A DNA stretch of 64,000 nucleotides, taken from assembly GCA_050273025.1 (NCBI GenBank), contig CP158635.1, positions 434,001 through 498,000 on the forward strand. Reading direction: 5' to 3'. This document shows positions 38,917 to 51,600 of the stretch, piece by piece (the first letter of the stretch is position 1; each line of letters opens with the position of its first letter). Source of the DNA: Cenococcum geophilum. Taxonomy: Eukaryota. The translations under genes and the position numbers were made by a program. The notes under the pieces are model-generated. The model saw nothing but the letters and a program-made list of their open reading frames with translations. It was not told the origin of the DNA and made no database searches.

Positions 38917-40157
38917 ATAGAGTTTTAAACGCGAGGTGTAGTTAACTTTAGAGAATAAGTCTGTTTATTATACCGAAGGTTCTTATTAATTTGTTAACAT
39001 ATTATAGCGAATTTAGGTAGGTCTTTCAGCAGTTTCCTACCTACTAACTAGGCTCTAATCTTATTTAAAATAGCTTATTAAAGAGCAGCAACTTTAGTGG
39101 CTTTATTTTAATCTAGCTTGCTAATAAGGCCTAAAATTTTTAAAAAGAAGCTGGTAAAGTCTCGGTTCCGTTATTATAGGTTTTTAAGTTTAGTGACAGC
39201 TATATATTTATGGCTGGCGTTATTATACGTTCTTTCTAGTAGAGAGATAAAGATTTTAAAATTAATAAAGGTGCCGTTATAAAAGAATAGATCTATAGTT
39301 TGTATAGCGTTTTTATTTAAACGAGACATTCTATAGCTAATTTTGCTAGTATCGGTAGGGTATTAGTTATAGTTTATTAAAAGTTTTAGATGGAGCTTGG
39401 TTATAAAGGGATATAGGTTATTTTAATTTCTATTAAATATTAGAGGATTAGGAAGCTTTTTGGATTTTATAATAGGTATTAGATTTATTATAAATATAGG
39501 TTAAGTTACCATTACTAGTTTAAGGTTTGTGTTTAACGGGCTAGGTTTAGATACAGTTATTTTAATCTCATTTATAGGTGTTACTGTTGGGGTCTCTAAC
39601 GCGAGTACTTTGGCGTTATAGAGTTCTTTATATATTGCTTTAATCAATTGCTAATACTGGGCTTTTAGTATAGCTTATTACTGGGCTAAGGTATCTATAA
39701 AGGACTGTTGTATTATAGTTATTTGTTCCCTAACTAGGGTTATAATAGTTAACGTAGCGGATTTGAGTTTGTTTGCTATTTTAAGGGTAGTAGTATTAAT
39801 GTAACGTAATATAAGGGCACGAAGAGACTTTAGGGTAGATTTAAAGGAACAATATAAATTCTATCTAAATCTAAGGGTATAGCTCTTATAAAGAATAAGA
39901 CGTTGCGTAAAGAAGAGAAAGGAATAACAAAAGAATCTTATAAATAAATAGTTAGGGGTCTTAGTGGTCAATGCGTGCGTATATACGTATGCGGTCTTTG
40001 ACGGTATTTAGTAGAATTTAATTGATCTGGTAGAACTTAGTAGAAGTCGATCAAGCTGGCAGAATTCGGCAGAATTTGATTAAAGCGTCGGAATTTATCT
40101 GTTAAGTATTTCACTAAGACATTCCTGCTGTAACTGGGCTAATCCCGTTATAGTAAC

Positions 40158-40565
40158 TAAGTAGACGCCGTAATATAGGCTTTGAAGGCCTTCTGCTTTA
40201 CGTTATAGGAATATTTTAACTTAGTAAGGGCTTAAGACAGTTTACTATCTAGCCGCGTAGTAGTAGATTAAATATAAGACCCTAAGGCAACTTAGTTAAG
40301 GAACTAGACGACTATTAAGAGTAATAGGACGCGTATATTTAATATTAAAGATAGAGCGAATATTATAGAACGAATAAATATTCGCTTTAGTGCACTTAAA
40401 ATAAGAGGACGGTTATTATAAGAATAGGCTCGCTAACGTAACGTAAACTAATCCTTTTTTTAAACAGCGAAAATACGGAGACGGTATAATCTTACTAAGA
40501 GATAATATCGCAGCAACAGTATAAGCACGACGTTACGCCTATAAAGAGGAAGGAGCCTTAGGTAT
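40158..40565 (-). pseudogene. 5' part of an antisense 3' ORF of Gypsy-1 with a Cys cluster (continues at ~27750-27852)
   Basis: Minus strand de-RIPs to MPKAPSS..IMPSPCSRCSKKGLVCV..PSSCSECTKANIRSSC; a coiled-coil-like tail LLRLKKGYKKVRLKE reads across the Gypsy-2 insertion site. Confidence 0.6.
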
Positions 40566-40671
40566 AAAAGTAACGATATTAACTAAATTAATTAAACGGA
40601 TATTATACCTCTAGTAAATAACTAAAGATATTTAAAATCATTAAGGACAAAAATAAAGAGGAGGGAGATAG

Positions 40672-41393
40672 TGTTACGGACGCTTTAAGTACAATATTAT
40701 AACTACTTAGAGAAGAGTTAAAAGAAGCTAGTTAGTTAATTTAAGTATGGTTTATAATAGAGCTAATAGAGTTATATAACGAGGAATAGTAGCTAAGGTT
40801 ATATAACGTTATACGCAGTATACGTAGTATATAAAGGGAATGTATATATAATATATATAACACATACCTTACGTATAAAGGGGATTTCTTAAGAGTATAG
40901 TTATGTATTTAAAGGACTACAATCCCTACCTAGATAGTTCTCTGCTTTGTAGTGAATCTTAAAATATAATTAGAGTTAATCTATTAGGCAACTACTCTAC
41001 TAGTTATTATTATATTATTAACTTCTTATTTACCTATATACCTAGCCTATTAATAAGTCTATTAGAGTTCTTACTATCCCTTGACCCGTTAGGGCGAGTA
41101 AGGGGAAGGCCCGTGCGCGAACACCAGAATCAGAACAACGCGTAGGATTCAACCATCAAATACACCACCGTTATGCCTTTTAATCACGCTAGAATTAATG
41201 CAGATCTTGTTTAGAAGACTCAATATAAGATTCCCCCAAATAAGACGGCGAAAAAACCCCCCCGAAGCCTTGGCCACTCCCTGAATTTTGTATTCCTAAG
41301 CACGGCTACCAGATCCTACTGATCTAATTGGTGGGCTCTTATCGATAACTTGCGTGCCCAAGTTGACGGGTTAAGGGATAAGGCTTTATTATA
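40672..41393 (+). repeat. 3' LTR of Gypsy-1, interrupted by a MITE
   Basis: Begins TGTTACGGACGC after the PPT; collinear with 7336-7755 once 41077-41378 is removed. Confidence 0.9.
41077..41378. mobile_element. MITE-like non-autonomous DNA element (~300 bp)
   Basis: TIRs TCCCTTGACCCGT..ACGGGTTAAGGGA; absent from the equivalent site of the 5' LTR; non-coding and richer in GC/CpA than its flanks. Confidence 0.9.
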
Positions 41394-44300
41394 TAATATG
41401 CGGCAATCTATAGTAACTTACCGGTATAAAGTTCTGCTAAGTTTTGCTAACTAAGTTCTGCTATTTTCTGCTAGTACTATAATAGTTTATCTTAAAAAGG
41501 TTTATAAAAAGGTACGCTCTAAGGAGTAGTGTCTTACTAAGGTCTTTATAAGCTTAAGGTTAAGAAGGCTAAAAAGGATTTTAATTAAGTTAAAGCAGAA
41601 ATAACTAATATACTAGTAGTAAATCTCTTAGATAATCTAGCTTATTTATTACCTTTAACTAATTCTTTTATCTTTAACTCCTTCTTAATATTACCTAACT
41701 CTTTCCCTTTTTCTAATACTCCTATACATTTTCTATAGTATTCTTTAAGTTCTATAATAGCTCCTAGGTAGTCTTATTATAGCCTATCTACTTAACTTTA
41801 TACTATATTTTATTATTAACGTCCTTATAACTAATAATCCTTAAAACTTACTATTTGTCTTTTTCTTACCCTTTATACGTATCTGCTTTATAAATTAGTA
41901 GCTTAATATTCCCGTATACTAGCCTAAGTATTATAATATATTATATAGGGTAGATTATTATTTTAGCTAGTAGGTTTAACTTAAATATAACTAGTAAAAT
42001 CCTTTATATAATTTTAAAAGGTTTTAGTTTAATATAGTCCAATTTCTCACTTAGTTGTTAACTCTTAAAAGTTTTATATAGTAGCTATACTTTATCCCCC
42101 TCCTTAAGATCTAGCCCCTTAAATCTCTTAGCGTTTTAATACTTTTTTATTCTTTTTTATACTATTTTCGCTAATTCTATAAAGTCTATATAAATATTTA
42201 TTAGTATCTTTATTCTTTCTTTAGCTATACTACTTATCTTCTTTACTTACTATAATAATAATAATATTTTTAGCTTATACCTATAATTTACCTTAAATAG
42301 TAATATACCTATTCCTTCTTACGGTATTATATTATATATAAACTATATAACTAGTAATAATAATACCTAATTATTCTGCATATAGTTAATATAATATCTT
42401 AAATATTATTCTAGCGTCTAATTTAATCTTTTTATTTAACCGTCTATCTACGGGTAATATACTATTAATATTACTATACAAACCCTTATTCCGCTAAAAA
42501 TACCTTTTAAAATACCGCTATAAATTTTAAATCTCTATTTAATATAATTTTACTTAGTACTCTATATCTTATAAATACTTCCTTAATATAGATTTTAGTA
42601 ATATCCTCTACTAAGATTTCTTTTATATATGCTATAATCTTTATATAATCTTGGGGGCACGCAATATAAGGGATTAGAGAGGAGCTCTTACTACACCCGG
42701 CCCAAAAAGACTAAAACTAACCAAAAGAACCCTAAAAAACACCTAGAGAATCCCCCTAAGATGTATGTATCGCAGGGGAGGCACACGTTAAATAACGGTG
42801 GTTTGCACTCGCGCGCGTCTACTAGAACCACGCCTAGCAATGGCCCTCTATAATAAGAACGGGCGAATACCACACTATAAAGCGGAAAGACCTCTATTAA
42901 GAAGGCATCTAATAAAATATAAAGCCTATTAGACGCGTTTAGTATCCGCAGTTATGGGGGAGCAACCGTCAGCCATAACGAACTAATGCAGCTAGTAGAA
43001 TGGCTCCGCTAATCCAGTAAACCTTAGGCGCCCCTCCAGCAAACCCTTGATTAAATCCTCTAACGGCTAAGCAAAATTAAAAATAAATAAAACCCCTTCT
43101 TACCGGCGAACCGCACCTGGGCTGCCGTAGCTACGTGTCTATAGTATAGGGAACCTACCCCCCTAAAGATAATATCCGGGTATATAATTATAATACGACT
43201 AAATATAAAAAAAGTAGAGGGGCTTAGGGGATAATTAGAAACAGAAGTCCTTATGGAGATTTATAAAGAGGTTTACGACGCTATTATAGTCCGGCACCTT
43301 AGGAGCGGAGATATTAGAGTTACCCTAAGGGACTAATAGGCAAAGGAACGAGCCGTTAGGGTAGGGGATAGGCTAGGAGAACGTATTGGCATAAAAGTGC
43401 TTCGCGAAGATTACTTAGTCGAAGTCCTAGCGGTTCCCCTAAGCCTTAGGGTAAAAAAGGGACGCTAGGCGGATAATACAGCAATTATATATAAGATAGT
43501 AAAACAAACGGAACGCCTTATACTAGGACTTGAGATTACCTAAATCTAATGGCTTTAATAGGAAAATGTAAACTAAGTATATAATAAAAATAATAAAAGA
43601 ATATAAGGGTCGCCAGAGACTTGCTAGGGAAACGCCGGTTAAACGTATAGCTCCCTTATTATCAGCATATATATACTAGGAATGCAAAAACTCCTTATTT
43701 AAAAAGGTATTATTATAAATGGCCTTATATATAACGCAAGGCTCTATAACCACAGACTCCACCTAAAATAATGTTATCGCTACGTATAATGGGGATATAC
43801 TTAATCCACATACGCAGTATAGGTATGCTGCGGCCACTATATAGGCCCCCACGATATAAGATACTACTTAAATTAAGACTAAATAAAATGCGTAAACTGC
43901 CACTAAAGCATATATAAGGCGTGGGAGAGAGAAGACTGCATTAAATACAGGAGACGGAAGGTAAGGGCTTAATAGCTACGGGAATAACTGCACGCTAGGT
44001 TATATAAATAGAAATAATAGGCGATAAGCTAGGGGGGCGTAGGTGCCTTTTTAGCGTTTCCTACCTTTAATACTGGGGGGCTAGGCTAGCTATCCCAAGC
44101 CTTAATGGGCTAGAAGTGACGCTGCGCGATATTATTAGACTATATAGGGATATAAGGGTTACAGGGGATATAAGGGAGAGGACGCCCTGTAGGAAGACCC
44201 TTATAGACAGCTATAGTAAGCTTAAGACCAGGACAATTAAGAATTAGACTTAACGCGGTAAACATAACATTTGTAGTTAACTCTTAAAGGGTATATAGCT

Positions 44301-47300
44301 AACCAGTAAGAATAGGGGAAGAACTGGAGATAATATTAGATTTAGATATAGAAGCGCTAGTAGGAATACAAGACACGGGAATGGAAAGCTCTATATAAAA
44401 TGAGTAGTAACTAGGGTGTAGATACAAGAGACAGAAGTTTTAAATATCCTAGAGAAAGTGGAAATAGAAGAAGTAAGGAATAATGAAAAGGCGAAGGACC
44501 CTTACCGGGGGTCCGCCACCTATCTATTATATAGTATAACTATAGCAATATAAACCACCGTCTTATAAGGCCCTTACTAGACAGTCTAGACCTAGAGAAA
44601 TACTATATCCTTGCTATACAAGAACCGTACTACAATACCTATATATAATTAATATACTGCCCCTAAGGATTCTAGCTCCTATATAAACTAAAAGCAGCCA
44701 TACGCGTATGCTTTATAATTAGTAAGACTATCAGCCTGTCCTTATAGTCATAGTAGGTAGTTAATCTAAATATTGTAGTTGTAATAATCTAGACATATAG
44801 AGGACTGGTATAAATTATTAATGTATATAACCCTAGGGTCGAAGGGGTCCTATAAATAGAGAATATTATATTAGTAATAAGCTTACTTAAAACCGAAGGC
44901 ATAGAGTCTATCTTATTAGGAGACATAAACCTCTACCACCTGTGGTAGGGGGGTATCCACGTCGCTGCTGAACGATAGGTAGAGTGCCTACTAAAAGCTA
45001 TAGATACCTGAGGCCTTAAGCTGGCTACCCCCCCTAGAGCAATTATATGGCAACGAGGACCCGCTAGAAGTATAATTGACCTTATATTTACGGACGAAGG
45101 CCTATACCAGAGACTTAAAAGGTACAACCCCGAAGAAGAATGGGCACTTACCTTAGACTATATCCCTATCCAGATATAGCTAGATTTGGACATTAAGGCG
45201 CAATTAAATAGTAAAAGATACGTAATAAGGATGCTTAAGGCAGATAGTTTCCTTAATATAGTTAAATAATAACTCTAAGACCTAGAAGAAATCTACCTAA
45301 TACTAAATGAGCGAGGCTTATTAGCCACCCCTAAGGAAATCGACCGAAGACTAGAAAGGATTTAGGCAGCGATTAAAAACGGGCTGGAAGAGCACTGCCC
45401 AGTCTTAAGACTAGGCCCCTACGCGTAATATATATGGTCCGCATAATGCGCGGTTCTTATAGCTAGCTAACAATAAGTAAGAAGGAAATACTTAAGTAGC
45501 CACGACCCTAAAGATAAGAGATAATATAAAGACACAAGAAACTAGTTAAAGAACACCCTAAAAAAAGAAGTAAGGAATAATTGGAGACAATTTATAAATA
45601 AGCACACTTTTAACCCGAGCCTCCCCTATAATAAGGGCCTGTGGGCCATAGTAAAATAGGTAAAGAAAAAGGCAGGGTGACTAGCAGAAGACTTATACCT
45701 ACCACCCCTATAAAGAGCAGGGGAATTACAGGCCACTAATAATAATAATAAGAAGGTAAAGATCCTTATAGAAAGGTTCTTCCCCTAACCGGCTTTAGCA
45801 GACCTTAGTAATATTACGGTAAAGTACTAGTAACTCGCCTATAGGTCGACAGCGATATAATAATAGAGGAAATGGCCAGAACTATTAGCCGCCTTTTAAA
45901 TAATATAGTACTAGGTCCAGATGGGATTCTAAATAAGGCCTTAAAGACCTGTGGACCACTTATAGTACCCTAGCTTGTAGATATAGCTAGAGCATGCTTT
46001 ACTATAGGCTATTACCTATAACTTGGAAGATTTATGACGATGGTTATCCTATAAAAAGAAGGTAAAGCAGATTACTTAATCCTAGGAAGCTACCGCCCTA
46101 TTACCTTAGAAAACACCCTTAGTAAGATCTTAGAAAAGGTAATAGCGGACTATATAGCAGATACGGCTAAGGAACACGCCCTACTACTATAGAGCTAAAT
46201 AGGGGCAAGAAAGAACCGCTTAACACTATTAGCACTTACGCTACTCGTTACTACTATTAAATCTATATAGGCGATGCGAAGGGACTTTGTAGTATTAATG
46301 CTTAGCCTAGATATTAGTGGCGCCTACAATAACGTACCCTATAAGCGTCTCCTATATATCCTTAGGGCAAAAGGCTTCTTAGAATAGATTGTACAATTTA
46401 TCTAAGGGTTCATAGGTTAGAAAGAAATATTACTAATCTTTAGCGGATACCAGAGCCCCCCTATCGCAGTTATAATAGGAATACCATAAGGATTACCCCT
46501 CTCGCCTATACTCTTCCTTTTCTTTATAAGTAACCTGCTTAACTCCTTTAAAGAAAGGGTAACCTAGGGGATAGGCTTTATTAATAATATAAACCTAATT
46601 ATATACGGGCTATTAGCCGCAGAGAATTGTAGAATGCTAGAGAAAGCTTATAACACCTATATAGAATGGGTAAGATAATATAGAGTCCAATTCTTACTAG
46701 AGAAATACTAGCTAATCTATTTTATAAGAAAACGTAACTAATTTGCAGATCTTTAGTATATAATCCGCATTTAAGGCTTTAGGGGTTAACCAGTTTAGGG
46801 CCTAAGGGTATTAGGAGTATGGGTAGATAGTAAGCTCCGGTGGAGCGTATATGCGGCATAAGCAGCCTATAAGGGCTAGGCATAGTATATCGCATTATTT
46901 AGGATCGTTAATTTTATATAGGGCCTATGCTTTTAGAGGTTACGCCTACTATATATAGCAGTTGTCCGGCTAACCATAATATATAGGTCTAGTATTTAGG
47001 CCATTAGAGAATCTAAGAAAGGCCCTCCTAAGTCGCTCCTTAAACTACTCTAAAAGGTCTAAATAGCCTGCCTCTGGAGTATAATAGGTGGATATAAGCG
47101 AACGGCCACAGCACTTCTTGAGAAGGAAGCCAATATTCCCCCCCTATAACTATATATTAAAGCCGCTGTAATATAAAAGGCCTAAAATAAACGCAACTCT
47201 AATATTATAAAGTATATTAAGATACGCCTAAATAAACTATAGAGGGACCCTAGGGCGCCCCGTAGGAGAACAAACTAATAACCCTAAAGTAGGGAAGATA

Positions 47301-48381
47301 TATTAGAGAAATAGGTAAAGAAAGCAGAAGAAGAATAGTGCTGCTTTAGGGCCCAGGCCCATATAGAGGAGGAAGGGAGACGCGTAAGAGGCCAGTAAAG
47401 ATAATAGTAAGAGAGAAAAAGGAGCTAAGGCAGAGCATAAAAGAATGCTGGGAAACTATCTACCGCAATGTAATACTAGTTAGACCAACGCTGGAGAGAT
47501 ATATAGGAGTTAAAGGTATAGAGGCTAACTAAGGTAAGAGGAACCTAAGCCGTAGTATAGTTAACACTATGGGGGGTAAACACTCTAGGGCTCTAAGAAG
47601 GCCTAACGAAGGCAGAAAATATAATAGCGATATTCTTAAGAATAGGAATAATAGGACTAAAAGACTGGCTCTACTGGGTAGGTGTCCTAGTAGGTAGCCT
47701 AAGATATAAATATAGCTGGCCAAGACAGACACTAAAACACGTAATACTATTATGCCCCTTACGCACTAACCAAGAAGTAATGCTTTTAGTAGCTGGCACA
47801 GAGAACTATAATACACTGCCCTTAATATAAAAAGGCCTTAAGGCGGTTACCTAGTGGCTTATTAGCCAAAATATACTAAACTAGTTCCGGGTTATAAGGG
47901 AAATAGTAATAGAGGGTAGGGGGGCGAGTAACGGGCGCCCCCTAATAACTCTACAGTAGTAGAGTAAAGTTTGCAATACTAGCGCGTCCGTAGGCTTGTT
48001 ACGGCAGCAGTGGTTCCTAAGGAGGTTAAAAAGTAAGGTAGTAGGAGCACTATAGGTGACTCGCAGGCGCCTTACAGGCGCCTTATAGGCGAGTCCTAAA
48101 GGCAGGGAGATGGATCACGGGGTTTTCTTAAATAGAGTTTTCTCCCTATATGTACATAAGGAGTAGTCCGCGTGGGCCCAATAGGGATCCGAATCGGACG
48201 TTAAGCAATGAATTATTATTATATATGCTATAAAATAGCCCTATTTAGTTAACTTATCTACTATTATAAGGATTATATTATATTCCTATCTAGTAATAGG
48301 ATCTCTTAACTTTAATAACTTAATAATAAAGTTCTATAATATAACCTCTTATAGTCTCTCTAGTATTTTAATAGGTTATAG
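41394..48381 (-). mobile_element. Fragment of 'Gypsy-3' (relative of Gypsy-1): integrase core, chromodomain, antisense-ORF tail; split by a LINE
   Basis: 41700-42637 plus 48234-48381 is the reverse complement of 26560-27660 at high similarity; no LTR of its own is adjacent. Confidence 0.85.
42638..48218 (+). mobile_element. Full-length Tad1-like LINE (5.6 kb)
   Basis: 15-bp TSD TTATATATGCTATAA (42623-37, 48219-33), (ATT)n tail; ORF1 with three CCHC knuckles (~43770-43940); ORF2 endonuclease ILAIQEPY (~44607), LLGDINLYH, LDYIPI; RT GPDGI, YRPITLENTLSKILEK, LSLDISGAYNNV, GIP*GLPLSPILF, GFINN (F.DD, ~46574). Confidence 0.95.
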
Positions 48382-48615
48382 TGTAGGAGGGTACAACCTC
48401 TCTAAGATAGGAAAGTTATAGTGCTGTCTGTCTGTCTGTCTGTCGGTCGGTCGGTTAGTTAGTTAGTTAGTTAGTCAGTAAGAAAGAAAGAAAAGAGTGT
48501 ATTTCCGGTAACTGGTAGGTTCGTAATGTATATAAGATAGAGGAAAGAAGGAAGGAAGTAGAAGGCTTTATAAATACAGGAAAATGCCAAGGTACTAGGC
48601 GTCGTCCAATCTACA
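48382..48615 (-). repeat. 3' LTR (234 bp) of a minus-strand LTR element inserted in the Gypsy-3 integrase
   Basis: TGTAG..CTACA inverted ends, starts exactly where Gypsy-3 homology stops, followed by minus-strand PPT (CCACCATATACCTCCCCCA) and the GAACGTT..AACGTTC hairpin; contains a (CTGT)n(CGGT)n(TAGT)n microsatellite. Partner LTR not in window. Confidence 0.7.
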
Positions 48616-48829
48616 CCACCATATACCTCCCCCACTAAGAACGTTATCCCCTAACGTTCTATACTATAGAAGAATAGCTAAACAAAAGTACAGTAAAAGC
48701 AGAATAAGAAAAGGAAAGAATATCCCTAAAAGAACGCAGGTAACTTTATCCTCAGCCCTCCATAGAACTGCTCTACGGTGTCCTTCCGTTGCCCATAGCT
48801 AAGGTCCGATCTTCCTATTAGTAGCAGCT

Positions 48830-51600
48830 AGGACAGCAGTAACGGCAGTAACAGTAACAGTGGCATAAACAGTAATAAAAGCAGACAGTCAGCGCGGTAA
48901 AATAAGATAGAACAGCCGGCTGTAGAATACTCAGTGGAAGAACTCAGTAACAGTTAGTAAGTAGCAGAACTTTCGGTAGCAGAAATCTCGGTAGCGGCAG
49001 ACAGTCGATGACAGTCAGTCGGTAGCAGTTGGTCAGTAGCAGTCGGTTAGAACGGTAGCGGTAGAACAATCGGAATAGTAGAATAGAACGGTCGGAATAG
49101 CAGTCAGAACAGTTAGAATAGCAGCAGCAGCAGTAGCAGCAGTAACAGAACGGTTAATGGCAGTCGGTCGGAGGCGGCTAGTCAGAACGGCGGCGATCAA
49201 AACGGTAGGGTACGGCGGTCGGTAGAGCAACAGTAGAAATATCCAGCAGATCTAGCAGTAAAATAGATCCAGCGGCGGTACAGATCTAGAACAGTAGAGA
49301 CAGAGCAGTCGGTCGAGACAGCAAGGACGAAATAGCCGAGCGGAATAGTGACAGCAGCAGCGGTGGCGGCAGGGCAGTCGATCAAGGTAGCAGAGGCTCT
49401 GGCTTGATTTGATCGTTCGGTTGGCCGTTTGATATCAAGACTCTGTATCTGGCACTGCATCGGTCTGCATCGTACGCAGCTTCTTAGTCAAGGCTCCGCC
49501 CGTGGCTTTGCATCAGGCCCTGCATCTAGCCGTGTGTCTGGCTGTGCGTCTGGCTACACATCTAGCTGTGCATCAGTAGCTCTACATTGTATATTCTGCG
49601 TCCGTGTCTGCGTGCGTGTCTGCGTGCTTTGACTGCTGGCCGAAGACTGTCTAATTGGTCGACGACGACGTGCTGCAACTGATCGTTCGGTCGTTCGATT
49701 AAGGTAGAAAGTCGGCCCGGTCGAAGGCTCTGACTGTCCTGACTTGAATGCGGAGACGACGTTCAACTGATCAAGATTTGACGAGGCCCTGGCTTGACTC
49801 AAGGTGTCTTCTGCTGCATGTACGACTGGGGCTTTGCATCCGTAGACAGTTGATCAAAGCCTCCGTGTAGACGTCCGATCGGTCAAGGCTTCGCATCTGC
49901 TGTTCGATCAAGGCTTTGCATCTATAAGCGTCCAGTTAAGCTGCCGTACTGTTGTCCAATCAAGGCTCTGCACCTGTATGCTCCATATCCGTAGGCTCCG
50001 TGTGAGACTCCGTGTAAAGCTCCGTACCTATGTCTGCAGGAATGATCGTCCTGGTTAACTAGTCCGTGGGCGTCGAGACGGGTGGCAGTCGATCAATACG
50101 GAGGTCTCGCAGAGGCTCTAAAACGTCAGTTGGCAGTGCTTCCGACGATCTTCCGGCCGTGTACTGGTTTCCTAATTAGGCCTAGTGCCTGCGTGCCTGC
50201 GTGTCTGCCATTATAGGATCTTTGACTGCTAATCGAAGACGTCTGACGGCGACGGGTGACTGATTCGACTAGAATGTGACAACGTACGATCGACTGACGT
50301 TCAAATAGGGTATTAGGTGGGCCCGGCTTGACGGCTTAGGTTGATCTGACTTGACTGTAGAGGCGGCGTCCAATTGATCAAGGCTTAACTGAGGCTCTGG
50401 CTTGACTCAAAGCGTCCTTTGCTGTACGTACGACCTAGGTTCTGCATTCGTAGGCTCTGCACCTGCGGACAACCGATTAAGACTCTGGCTGTGCAGTCGT
50501 TTTGTCAAGGCTTTGTATGCATATAGTCAATTAATTGGGGCTCTGCATCTGTAGTCGATTAAAGCTCTTAGTGTCTACCAGATGTCCAATCCAGAGACCT
50601 GTCTTGAGACTTCCTTGTGAGCATAAGCGGCAGCTTCCAGTAGACCATTTTCGCAGGCCTGGTGCTTTTCTAGATGTCCTTTGTAGCTGCTTGTTTGCCC
50701 TCGTTGCTGGCTGTACGCTCGCGTATCCTTGATCTTCTTCCAGCTTAAGAACCTTCTTGGGGTTGTCTTCTGCTTTTAGTCTCTTTGTCATTGTCCTGCT
50801 GGCTCTGCGCTTCATCTGAGTCGTCCTTGGTATCTTTGAAGCCATCCGGTAATAGCTTCTTAGCTATCGTGACTACTTCCGTCGCATATCCCTTGCCCTT
50901 GTGTCCATAATACAGTCCTTTCGTCAAGACGATCCCTGAGAAGTGCTGGCTCCTGCACGTCCAATTCCTGCTCCCCTTGTAATCCTTGACAAAGCCCCTC
51001 ACTAGCTTGGCCAGATGCGGCTTAATTCTGTCTTCAGTCGCATGAGGATGGCTTGGGTTTATCGTGGTCAGTTGTGCCCCGTGTACGACCTCTTGCAGAG
51101 CATCCTTGTCTTCTCTTGTTGCAGTGCCTCTTTGTATACTGCTTTACCGTTTCCGCGGTGCTTGTTTTCTGGTATCATGCTGCTGCCCTTGTACAGGTCC
51201 CTTCCTTGCCGCGGTGTCCGTTCTCGTCGTGCAGCTGGCGCAGTACTGAATTCGGATGGCAGTGACAGTCGTGCTGCGATCAGTCGTCGTTCGAATAAGG
51301 AACAAGGTCGGCCCGGTCGAAGGCTCTAATTTGACGACATTCGACTGACTTGATTCAGTGACGGGACGTGCTGGTATCGAGGCTCTGGCTTGATTCGATT
51401 CTTCGACCAGTCGTGGCTTCTGTGCAGTCATTCGATTGATCAAGGCTTCTGTGTCTGGCTCTGCATCTAGCTCTGCATCGTACAATCGGCTCTATATCCG
51501 TGCAATCAATTGAGGCTCTTGGTATCCGTTCTCGTCGTGCAGCTGCATCATCGAATTCGGGCAGTCTCCGGGCACATTCATTTGTCTCGTTCCCAGACCT
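48830..51600 (-). other. GC-rich low-complexity/repeat-protein region internal to the minus-strand LTR element
   Basis: CAG/GCA-rich tract 48830-49380; module GAGGC(T/C)CTGGCTTGA at 49393, 49783, 50391, 51379; ORF-track peptides QARAS and EPSTGPT recur on the minus strand. Confidence 0.55.

Larger units (their letters stand above)
27853..40152 (-). mobile_element. Chromodomain Gypsy 'Gypsy-2' (~6.0 kb without its insert) in the 3' region of Gypsy-1
   Basis: 343 bp LTRs 27853-28195 and 39810-40152, perfect TSD GTAAC (27848-52, 40153-57), C-run PPT at 28199-28207; minus-strand gag CCHC (~32470-32515), PR LINSGATS (~32165-32190), RT MPFS.KNGP..AYINNIL (ORF track 30920-31105), IN and chromodomain (~28600-28760). 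Confidence 0.95.
7336..41393 (+). mobile_element. Chromodomain Gypsy LTR retrotransposon 'Gypsy-1' (~7.8 kb after removing four direct insertions)
   Basis: Paired ~420 bp LTRs (7336-7755; 40672-41393 with a MITE inside), PPT AAAGAGGAGGGAGATAG before 40672, domain order gag-PR-RT-RH-IN-chromodomain. Flanking 5-mers ACTAT/TAATA do not match. Confidence 0.9.

Noticed and set aside
42650..42664. CTTGGGGGCACGCAA at the LINE 5' end resembling the MITE subterminal CTTGGGCACGCAA
   Set aside because: Short, needs a gap and has no extension; probably chance.
48424..48478. Telomere-like repeat
   Set aside because: Tetranucleotide compound microsatellite inside an LTR, not TTAGGG.
49380..51450. CRISPR-like array
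   Set aside because: Repeats are degenerate and irregularly spaced (390-990 bp), spacers resemble each other, and the context is eukaryotic with no cas genes.
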